IMG/VR virus record: IMGVR_UViG_2778261246_000004
Location: 1 to 44,468 of that record
DNA from: a virus
Taxonomy: Duplodnaviria > Heunggongvirae > Uroviricota > Caudoviricetes
Length of the DNA: 44,468 bases
Reading direction: 5' to 3' (one strand)
The translations under genes were made by a program, and so were the position numbers. This document shows positions 28,514 to 35,819 of the stretch, in pieces (the first letter of the stretch is position 1; every line of letters begins with the position of its first letter). The notes beneath the pieces were generated by a model that had not been told where the DNA came from, searched no databases, and worked only from the letters and a program-made list of their open reading frames with translations.

Positions 28514-28881
28514 CAAATCAGTAAGTGCTGAAGAGTATTATTATAATATAGGTGAGGTGTCGGGTGCCTCCCGAAATACCTGACATTCCATCAGATACTG
28601 TAGTTTCCCCGCTAAACAACCACTTAAACCACCCCCGCACATGGAGCCCACCTCATTTTGTGATGTTAACAACATCGGGATAGTGCATAATCAGCCCCTG
28701 CATGGAAATATCAAAAAAAATCCCACCAATAATGCACTATTCCGATAGCATCAAAAAACACAGCACCGAAATCATAACTGGTCTCCGTTATAATTCGGGA
28801 GCGCGATAAGGGATATACGAGACCTTTTCCCGCGAGAAAAAAAACGCCAGTGCTGAAAAACCTGTACCTCATTTGTTTTGC

Positions 28882-28956
<75 letters not shown>

Positions 28957-28959
28957 ATA

Positions 28960-29035
<76 letters not shown>

Positions 29036-29037
29036 AC

Positions 29038-29114
29038 TGGACCGCCACCGGGGACTCGAACCTCGCACACTCAACTTAAAGGGTTGACGCTCTTTCCTGA
29101 TGAGCTAGTGGCGG
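29038..29114 (-). tRNA. tRNA-like element B (divergent; anticodon loop CCUUUAA, possibly UUU)
   Basis: Acceptor CCGCCAC/GTGGCGG, U8, A14, GG in D-loop, perfect 5-bp anticodon stem TCAAC/GTTGA, T-loop TTCGAGT, CCA; position 33 is C not U. Confidence 0.45.
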
Positions 29115-29115
29115 T

Positions 29116-29191
29116 TGGTGGCCCTTGCTGGATTTGAACCAGCGACCTGGCGATTATGAGTCGCTCGCTCTCACCACTGAGCTAAAGGGCC
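29116..29191 (-). tRNA. tRNA with anticodon CAU, closest to tRNA-Ile2 (lysidine type, ileX/ileZ-like)
   Basis: GGCCCTTTAGCTCAGTGGT.AGAGC...GACTCATAATCGC...GGTTCAAATCCAGCAAGGGCCACCA; near-identical to E. coli ileX by memory. Confidence 0.8.
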
Positions 29192-29311
29192 GAGCGCAGG
29201 ATAATAACGTTACAAAATCAATGTTGCAAGCACTCAAAAATCACCTGGTTAAAAATCACCCTGACCTCCTCCACCAGCGCATTCACCATGTCTATCCGAG
29301 ATAAGTGGCAC

Positions 29312-29336
29312 AAAAAAACCCGCTTGATGCGGGTTT
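29312..29336 (-). terminator. Strong rho-independent terminator on the minus strand (candidate late-operon tR')
   Basis: Minus-strand RNA ACCCGC-AUCAA-GCGGGU followed by U7. Confidence 0.5.
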
Positions 29337-29381
29337 AAGTTGTGTGGCGAAGCGACCACTCTTAACAGATTAAGATAGTTT

Positions 29382-29411
29382 TTGCGTACGCGTTAGTGAT
29401 TTTTTCATAAT
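29382..29411 (+). promoter_or_regulatory. Candidate sigma70 promoter for the plus-strand three-gene cassette
   Basis: TTGCGT - 18 nt - CATAAT about 45 nt upstream of the first ATG. Confidence 0.35.
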
Positions 29412-29456
29412 TATCTGTATCCTGTGACTATTTCTCTTGCGCAAAGGATGCTTTTG

Positions 29457-30335
29457 ATGACGCAGCAACTCGAAAACATGCCAATAACAGAAATCGAAAT
29501 TGCCTACGGTGGAGAGGCATACGCAGACAATCAGATCGACGCGAAAACATTAGGCGAAGCCTTAACCTCTCTTAGTGCCCTGATTGAACATGCCGAAAAA
29601 ATAATTAATGGCGAAACAGCAGAGCCGAAAGTCAACATCAAGGCAACAAAAGAAGGTTCATTTACTTTGCTTGTTGCTGTGATGGGGAGCATAAAAACTA
29701 TTAACGCCCTTGGCCTCGTTGCAGGTGGTGGAGTTGCCGCAGGTGGCGTACTCGGGATAATCGAATGGCTCAAAGGGCGTAAAATCAGCTCCATTGTCGT
29801 CGATGAACAAAAAGATACAGCAGAAATCGAAGTGGATGGTGAGAAGGTTAAATGCAGTAACGACATTCAAAAATTAATAACCAGTCCAATCATCCGAAAA
29901 GAACTGGATAAATTAATCTATAAACCCCTGCAGACTGAAAAACCATCCACGTTCTCAGTTTCACAGCAGAAGCATAAGGTAGTCAGGGTGACGCAAGCTG
30001 AAGCAGTAAGTTTTAAAACTGCAAAATCCACCTTTGTCGAGAAAACGCACGTAACGACACGCCAAGCTAATGTACATTTTGCTAATGTTCGATTCAAGCA
30101 AGGCAAAAGCTGGGATATCATCCTGCCAAATGGCGAAGAAGTTAGCGCATCTATGAAAGATGAGGCTTTTCTTGAACGGGTTGAACACAACCAAGCAGCA
30201 TTCTGTAAGGGCGATCTTTTTGTTGTAGAACTGACAGAAACAACAAAAGAAACAAATGGCGCGCTGTCTAAACCACGCTATAGTATTACTAAGGTTATAC
30301 GCCACAGAGCGGCGGCAGATAGGAAACTACTTTAA
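29457..30335 (+). CDS. Hypothetical protein, cassette gene 1 (292 aa, central Gly/Ala-rich hydrophobic segment)
   Basis: ORF from 29424 (GTG); preferred start ATG 29457 with AAAGGA RBS; A/T-rich codon usage; no family recognised. Confidence 0.5.
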   Translation: MTQQLENMPITEIEIAYGGEAYADNQIDAKTLGEALTSLSALIEHAEKIINGETAEPKVNIKATKEGSFTLLVAVMGSIKTINALGLVAGGGVAAGGVLGIIEWLKGRKISSIVVDEQKDTAEIEVDGEKVKCSNDIQKLITSPIIRKELDKLIYKPLQTEKPSTFSVSQQKHKVVRVTQAEAVSFKTAKSTFVEKTHVTTRQANVHFANVRFKQGKSWDIILPNGEEVSASMKDEAFLERVEHNQAAFCKGDLFVVELTETTKETNGALSKPRYSITKVIRHRAAADRKLL

Positions 30336-30338
30336 ATC

Positions 30339-30584
30339 ATGTCAATCCTAAGCATTATGCTTTACATCACTGTATTCATGGCTGTCGCAGCGACGGTCAG
30401 ATATGCTGTGCTTAGGTTCTTGGTTTGGGTAAAGCCGAATGCGTATATTGAACTAACCTACACCGATCCTGAAGGCAGAACAGCTAAAAGGAAAGTCAGC
30501 GTTAGAAACGAAAATGACGCAGAAGAGTTGGCGCTACTGCTACGCGAACTCAAAACTCGCAACGAAGCAAGTGCAGGAAGGTGA
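30339..30584 (+). CDS. Hypothetical small membrane protein, cassette gene 2 (81 aa, N-terminal TM helix)
   Basis: ATG 4 nt after gene 1 stop; N-terminus MSILSIMLYITVFMAVAATVRYAVLRFLVWV. Confidence 0.5.
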   Translation: MSILSIMLYITVFMAVAATVRYAVLRFLVWVKPNAYIELTYTDPEGRTAKRKVSVRNENDAEELALLLRELKTRNEASAGR

Positions 30585-30971
30585 ATGGCTAACACTAAAT
30601 CCTACCTGGCAATGCAGGCATGGTTTACCACCCTTATCACTGCGGGATTGAATTTCCTTTTTGACTGGCTTCCTCAATTAGCCTTCTTCAAATCATTGGC
30701 GCCTGGAGCTGCTGTCGGCTTATCTCATGTGGTAATTCTTCTTATCGCTTACATAGGTTTGCCTACGCTTAATGATGTAAGAATGAAAAGAGAAATAAAA
30801 ACGGCCAGAAAATTCATCACGAACTGCCTGGCCAACCCTAACCTAACACCAGACCAAATTGCGCACTACAACCAATGTCTTATCGATCTAGACAATAAGC
30901 TATTAAAAAACATAAATATTCGTATTGATGCTTTATCTGACGCCGAATCGAAAGCTCAAGCAAACGAGTAG
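30585..30971 (+). CDS. Hypothetical membrane protein, cassette gene 3 (128 aa, two TM helices)
   Basis: TGAATG stop-start junction with gene 2; hydrophobic helices WFTTLITAGLNFLFDWL and AAVGLSHVVILLIAYIGL. Confidence 0.5.
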   Translation: MANTKSYLAMQAWFTTLITAGLNFLFDWLPQLAFFKSLAPGAAVGLSHVVILLIAYIGLPTLNDVRMKREIKTARKFITNCLANPNLTPDQIAHYNQCLIDLDNKLLKNINIRIDALSDAESKAQANE

Positions 30972-30984
30972 TAACAGTCATAAC

Positions 30985-31335
30985 TTATGATAGAATCAAG
31001 CATATACATCCATCAATAAAGCCTAATGCAGTTTGCAGCTCCTTTCTTATAGTTCCATCTGAGCACCTGCGTTTCTTCGCGATTGAGCGTAGAGAAACAC
31101 CAATAACAAAGTGAGCTATGATCAGCTCATATTCCTCTGGTTTATACTTTCGCAACCGAGCCACACAACCGTCTATCATGATGCCTTCATCATCATCACA
31201 CTGGAGACGTGACTTTTTACCATGTGGCAAAAGCCCCTTGAAGCCCGCTGCTATCGGTTGCCAATCGACACCGCTATTTTCTGCTGCAGCCCATGCCCCC
31301 CAGCGATCTAAAACCTCATACATATCACGCCCCAT
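30985..31335 (-). CDS. Late-gene antiterminator Q (QuuD-like)
   Basis: 116-119 aa; LDRWGAWAA...W..IAAGFKGLL resembles DLP12 QuuD by memory; sits between rusA and the late region. Confidence 0.55.
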   Translation of the reverse strand: MGRDMYEVLDRWGAWAAAENSGVDWQPIAAGFKGLLPHGKKSRLQCDDDEGIMIDGCVARLRKYKPEEYELIIAHFVIGVSLRSIAKKRRCSDGTIRKELQTALGFIDGCICLILS

Positions 31336-31701
31336 TACCATCACCTCTGATTTCGCAAATCTTCACGCCCAGTCGCCCACCAGGAACGAGCTGACCGCGC
31401 ACAATATTGATTTCATCAAACTGCTCGTCGTCTATGAGAAGCCCCGCATGCGTCAGTGCATCCAGCGGTGCTTTCAGGATATTGTCCAGGTCGCGGCGGC
31501 GCTTATCCGGTGGCTCCGCAATAATCTTTATCGCCAGCCTTCCGGACAGGTTTAATTTCAACCGCTGCTGGCGAACAATTAGCGCCACATCATGGCGATA
31601 ACGCTTTCCGGCCTCCGAGATGAAATACGTATTCCATGACGTCGCCAGTAGGTATTCACCGTCGGCGGGTAAGGTAAAACAAATTCTATGCGTTCAGTCA
31701 T
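31325..31701 (-). pseudogene. rusA: rusA Holliday-junction resolvase disrupted by a 1-nt frameshift
   Basis: N-terminal frame from ATG 31701 gives MTERIEFVLPYPPTVNTYWRRHG then stops at 31580-31582; C-terminal frame (ORF 31325-31588) gives ...YFISEAGKRYRHDVALIV...PDKRRRDLDN...; both halves match RusA; join at GGAATACG (about 31628-31636) implies loss of one A. Confidence 0.65.
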
Positions 31702-32757
31702 TCATGCTTTCCACTTCAGGACACCCGAATTTCTCGCGTGCATTAAAAAACGAATCAGCAACAACAGCTGGCTGCCATGTTTTTCTTCAAAATCTTTTAC
31801 CCCGGCGTGCAGTTCGTTATGACATTTACGGCACAGCGGAATAACAAACAAATCGTCAGCCTTTGTTCCCATCCCTCCCAGTCCATGACCAATGATGTGA
31901 TGCGGATCATCTGCCTGATTACCGCACGTCATGCATTTCTGCGTTTTTACCCAGCGCGTGTATACAGGCATCTCTTCCCGTTGTGGTTTCTGGCGCTGGA
32001 GATACTGAGCCGGTGACTCCGGATCAACGGCAATGCTGACCACCGTCTTTTCCTGTGGCGGGTTTTGCTGGTGGGCGTGAGGCAGCGGCGCAAGATTTTT
32101 TGTGCGCTGTTTCAGTATGCTGGTGGTGGTCTGCTCTCCCGGTACGATGTCGCTTTCGCGGTACACCGAGTGGATTTTTTCCGCACGTAACCCCAGAGAA
32201 CGACGTAGTACTGCCTCCGGTAGCGCGTCTGCCACCTGATTGCAGACCGCCCACCAGGATAATTCAGCCAGCGATAATTCCCGCTCCTGTGTGCCATTCA
32301 TTGCGTGACCGATGACGTCAATCATCCATGCTGACAGGTTTTGATGAGCAAGTTGCTCGAGTGATTCGGATGTCTGGTCACGCAGCTGGTTGTCGCAGTG
32401 CCAGCACAACACCATTGCGCCGGTACCATAACGGTGAATGACGGTTTCGCTGTGATGATAATCGCCGTGTGGCCACTGGCAGGATTTAATATGGCGCAAC
32501 AGCCAGTCAGACAATGCACCGGCACCACCAGCAGCACGAATCACCCGTGCGTTACTGAAAAACGGTAGCAATGTTTTGTCTTCCACCAGCTGCTGGCGAA
32601 CGGCAGGAACGATGCCGGACGGCAGACCGCGCATGCTTTTCGGTTCCGGCTCCACCAGCACTCGAGGGTTATGGAATACCTGCATGGATTCACGACCTGG
32701 TTTAAGGAGCACCAGCCCGAGTTCCGGTATCAGAACAGGTCGAAGTAATACCCGCAC
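31702..32757 (-). CDS. DUF968 / YdfU-like phage protein with C-terminal HNH-like zinc-binding motif
   Basis: 351-aa ORF; C-terminal CMTCGN...DPHHI...CRKCHNELH; resemblance to Qin YdfU from memory; start codon uncertain (GTG in track). Confidence 0.6.
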   Translation of the reverse strand: MRVLLRPVLIPELGLVLLKPGRESMQVFHNPRVLVEPEPKSMRGLPSGIVPAVRQQLVEDKTLLPFFSNARVIRAAGGAGALSDWLLRHIKSCQWPHGDYHHSETVIHRYGTGAMVLCWHCDNQLRDQTSESLEQLAHQNLSAWMIDVIGHAMNGTQERELSLAELSWWAVCNQVADALPEAVLRRSLGLRAEKIHSVYRESDIVPGEQTTTSILKQRTKNLAPLPHAHQQNPPQEKTVVSIAVDPESPAQYLQRQKPQREEMPVYTRWVKTQKCMTCGNQADDPHHIIGHGLGGMGTKADDLFVIPLCRKCHNELHAGVKDFEEKHGSQLLLLIRFLMHARNSGVLKWKA

Positions 32758-32758
32758 G

Positions 32759-33031
32759 TTACCTCCAGATGCGTTGCTGGAATATGCGGGACGGACGCGG
32801 TGGGCGTTCGGAATAAGGGAGTCTGACGTAGATTATCCAGTGACGATAATCGAGGGTGAGGGCTTTCCTAAACTCATACCCACGTCTGCGGTAGTTCTGA
32901 ATCAGCCATTCGGCCTGTTCTTCAGTGCAGGGATCGTGCTGATACCAGTCATATTTGAATGCGTGCGAACGCCGCCCGTGCCTGCTGGCACGAACGGTAT
33001 CAGAATTGTGTAATTTGGTCTTGTGCGCCAT
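32759..33031 (-). CDS. Hypothetical nin-region protein
   Basis: ORF 32759-33085 (TTG); likely ATG start at 33031 (MAHKTKLHN). Confidence 0.4.
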   Translation of the reverse strand: MAHKTKLHNSDTVRASRHGRRSHAFKYDWYQHDPCTEEQAEWLIQNYRRRGYEFRKALTLDYRHWIIYVRLPYSERPPRPSRIFQQRIWR

Positions 33032-33099
33032 CTGTTTTCTCTGCTGGCGCAGCAGGTGCCAGTTGTTCAGGCTGGCGTGCAGCAATATTGTCTCTGATT

Positions 33100-33135
33100 T
33101 CTGTTGTCGTCAACAGGCAACGTGCTATCATCGAA
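33100..33135 (+). promoter_or_regulatory. Candidate parDE promoter with overlapping palindromic operator
   Basis: TTGTCG - 16 nt - TATCAT upstream of parD; inverted repeat CTGTTG-TCGT-CAACAG overlaps the -35. Confidence 0.4.
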
Positions 33136-33166
33136 TGGTGTTCTATCCTACTCCGTGAGGTTTACC

Positions 33167-33424
33167 ATGCGTACAACCCAACAATTCAGCATTACATTAA
33201 CTAACGAAATGGCTGACATGGTGCGCGCCCGTGTGGCTTCCGGTGCCTATGCTTCAGAAAGCGAGGTCATTCGTGAAGGACTTCGCGCACTGAATGAGCG
33301 CGATAAAGCAATCGAAGCGTGGTTAACGCATTCAGCCGCTCCCTCTCTTGATTCTATCCGCGAAAATCCAAACAACGGACGCTCCATTTCACAGGTTCGC
33401 GCCGCGATTCGATCCGGGAAGTAA
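33167..33424 (+). CDS. parD: Type II antitoxin, ParD family (ribbon-helix-helix)
   Basis: 85-aa product from ATG 33167 (GAGG RBS); FSITL..EMA..V...V.SG.Y.S.SEVIREGLR.L motif; 6-nt spacing to toxin gene. Confidence 0.7.
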   Translation: MRTTQQFSITLTNEMADMVRARVASGAYASESEVIREGLRALNERDKAIEAWLTHSAAPSLDSIRENPNNGRSISQVRAAIRSGK

Positions 33425-33429
33425 TCTGC

Positions 33430-33729
33430 ATGACATATGAAGTCATCATTACTCCTGAGGCCGAACAACAAATAATCAACCTGCACAGATATATAACGGA
33501 GAAAGCAGGGAACGTCATTGCTGACAATTATGCCAATGCGCTTCTTGATTATCTTGATGGGTTTTCTACATTCCCGCATCGGGGCAATAAACGCGATGAT
33601 ATTCGCCAGGGGATGCGGGTAACTCATTTCCGCCACAGAACGATTATTGCTTTTGCCGTTGATGGCAGAAAAGTCTTTATTGTCGGTATCTATCATGGTG
33701 GGCAAAGTTATGAAACCGATTTCTTATAA
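33430..33729 (+). CDS. parE: Type II toxin, ParE/RelE family
   Basis: 99-aa ORF directly downstream of parD; typical size and pairing. Confidence 0.7.
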   Translation: MTYEVIITPEAEQQIINLHRYITEKAGNVIADNYANALLDYLDGFSTFPHRGNKRDDIRQGMRVTHFRHRTIIAFAVDGRKVFIVGIYHGGQSYETDFL

Positions 33730-33934
33730 ACTTTTACCCACATCATTCCGGTGTTAGAATAAACCGTCCGCCTCCTCTCTTACTGGCGGATTCGTAGGCT
33801 ATATAAATCAAAGATCCCGGCTCATGTTTGTGTCGGGATCTTTTTTTCGGCGATTTATCCCCAGCGGCAAATCGAATACACCACCAGCGCCACCGCCATC
33901 GCAATTCCTACCGTGGTGAATGCCTCAGGCCAGG

Positions 33935-34330
33935 TCATCGATTCACCTCCTGCTCAATATTTTTAAGGTCATTTTCCGCATACAGTATTGCTGTTCTGGC
34001 TGCTCGTAACCGGGCTTTGGCGTTTTTCTCTTCACGTTCAAGTTTTGCCACAGCTTCACGAAGAGCATCCCGCTTTGCATAGAGTGATTTAATCTCAGAC
34101 ACTATGTTTTCACCGTTTCTCGCACGGTCGAGAACAAGCTCGAACGGATCTAAAGCCAATCCGCATCGGTTACAGGTAATCGTACGATTCACTTCTGAAA
34201 TTGTTGTACGGATATGCTGACAGCATTTTTGCTCGCCGCTTTTTCTGTCGGCTATCACAACGTTGAGGAGTCCTTCCTCCTCTGATTTTGGCTGTACCAG
34301 AGTGATAACATTGTCGACTTCATTTTTCAT
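33935..34330 (-). CDS. Zinc-finger plus coiled-coil protein (paralog A)
   Basis: 131 aa; C..H...C..C motif then coiled-coil tail ...EREEKNAKARLRAARTA; paralogous to the 34943-35299 product. Confidence 0.5.
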   Translation of the reverse strand: MKNEVDNVITLVQPKSEEEGLLNVVIADRKSGEQKCCQHIRTTISEVNRTITCNRCGLALDPFELVLDRARNGENIVSEIKSLYAKRDALREAVAKLEREEKNAKARLRAARTAILYAENDLKNIEQEVNR

Positions 34331-34845
34331 CAGCTCACCTCCTGCGGCGGTTCCGGTAGCGGCATCCAGTCTGTTACATTGCGGCTCTGTGTTTCAAAAA
34401 ATTCATCACCATTGCGGACAATATCGAAAAACTCACCGTCTCGATATTGCGCATAAAGAACGAATGCGCCATCACATAAAATAATTACGTGCTGACCGTC
34501 CACTGGCATCCGCTCACTACAGCTTATCCAACCATCCGGAATTACCGGCGCTGATGGCGCTGCGTAAAGTGGTGTTATTTCTGCCCGAAAGTCACCTATT
34601 TCATGCAGCCGCACCCACTGTTCAGCTTCTGCTTTGTCAGAATACATAGCGGTGAACGTATTATATTCATGGTCAATTTGCGTGAAGGTTGCCTTCCAGG
34701 CCACCGGCTCTGCTTCCAGCGATGCCAGTGCAATTTTGAATAACTCACCATCTACCTGTGCCATCCCTGAATTTGGGTGGCATTTCACAATTGCTATTTT
34801 TAATTTAGCTTCTTCGATTAATTGCTCTTTGGTTAATTCAGTCAT
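34330..34845 (-). CDS. DUF551-like phage protein
   Basis: 171 aa; C-terminal W.S..E..P...........W.PLPEPP motif typical of DUF551 (from memory). Confidence 0.55.
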   Translation of the reverse strand: MTELTKEQLIEEAKLKIAIVKCHPNSGMAQVDGELFKIALASLEAEPVAWKATFTQIDHEYNTFTAMYSDKAEAEQWVRLHEIGDFRAEITPLYAAPSAPVIPDGWISCSERMPVDGQHVIILCDGAFVLYAQYRDGEFFDIVRNGDEFFETQSRNVTDWMPLPEPPQEVS

Positions 34846-34942
34846 TTTTCATTACCGCCATTTCAGACGGTCTCCCGATGTTCTGAGGGGGCAGAAATCC
34901 CTCCGGTTAAGGATTAAATTTTATTTACAGCGCTAAATTTAT

Positions 34943-35299
34943 TTATTCAGTTCTGGATTTTGTCGCCCTGCGTATCCGCGCTTTCGCGTTACGCTCAATC
35001 TGAATTAACTTTTCTATATTTTTCCGTCTTTCCTGTTCCTCCTGGCGCAATAGCCTTACATCATCTGCCAGTCTGGTTTCTCTTTTCGCCACTGAGAGCA
35101 TCCAGTCAAACGGCTCCACAACTGCACCGCAGATTTTACAGCGGACCTGACGCTCTTTTTCGTCAACCCGGACAGAAGCGTGATGGCAGTATGGTCTTTC
35201 CGATGGCTCATAAAGAAAATTAACTTGATTACGTGGGTCATCCTCTTTTGCCGGAAATAAAACAATATTACTTAACTCATCTTCTGGTTTTATTTCCAT
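34943..35299 (-). CDS. Zinc-finger plus coiled-coil protein (paralog B)
   Basis: Start at ATG 35299 (MEIKPEDE, RBS AAAGGAGAGGAG); C.H...C..C motif and C-terminal ...IERNAKARIRRATKS parallel to paralog A. Confidence 0.5.
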   Translation of the reverse strand: MEIKPEDELSNIVLFPAKEDDPRNQVNFLYEPSERPYCHHASVRVDEKERQVRCKICGAVVEPFDWMLSVAKRETRLADDVRLLRQEEQERRKNIEKLIQIERNAKARIRRATKSRTE

Positions 35300-35356
35300 A
35301 CTCCTCTCCTTTGATGCGAATGCCAGCGGCAATTGAAGCCTGATAGTTAATTTCAC

Positions 35357-35779
35357 TCACAGCACCACCTCCTGAAATTTCCCCTGATAAAACGACAATA
35401 TGCGCTGCATAACTTCACTCTTCCGGCACTCGCGACAGATTATGTTCTGACGCCTGTCGTAGCGACGTATTTCTCCGTCAGGTAATGACCAGATAAGGTC
35501 CGGATCAACCGCAGATGGTTTCTTCAGCTTTGCCCTTGAGAGCTTTTTACGGGCATTTTGCCAGTCCTTACGCGCCTGTTCAGACGGGAATAACCCGTAA
35601 CCAGAGTTGTATACATCGCCGCTGGCAACCAGCTCTCTTGCGAGAACGCTCATCAGATATCTTGTCGCACCTGTCTTGACTTCCAGTTGCCGTAACGTCT
35701 CACGCCCACTCTGGCGTACGAGTTCAACAACCTGTCCTTTAATTTTTTCCCGCTCTTCTTGTGTAAAAACTTTTGCCAC
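35357..35779 (-). CDS. Hypothetical phage early protein
   Basis: 140-aa ORF in an operon with replication and nin genes; basic, with Cys pair C.EC. Confidence 0.4.
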   Translation of the reverse strand: MAKVFTQEEREKIKGQVVELVRQSGRETLRQLEVKTGATRYLMSVLARELVASGDVYNSGYGLFPSEQARKDWQNARKKLSRAKLKKPSAVDPDLIWSLPDGEIRRYDRRQNIICRECRKSEVMQRILSFYQGKFQEVVL

Positions 35780-35819
35780 AAGCCCTCCTGAAAATTACCT
35801 CATGACCAGAAATTAACAC

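Noticed and set aside
33247-33705. 152-aa minus-strand ORF overlapping parD-parE
   Set aside because: Antisense to a compact, well-formed toxin-antitoxin pair; no start context
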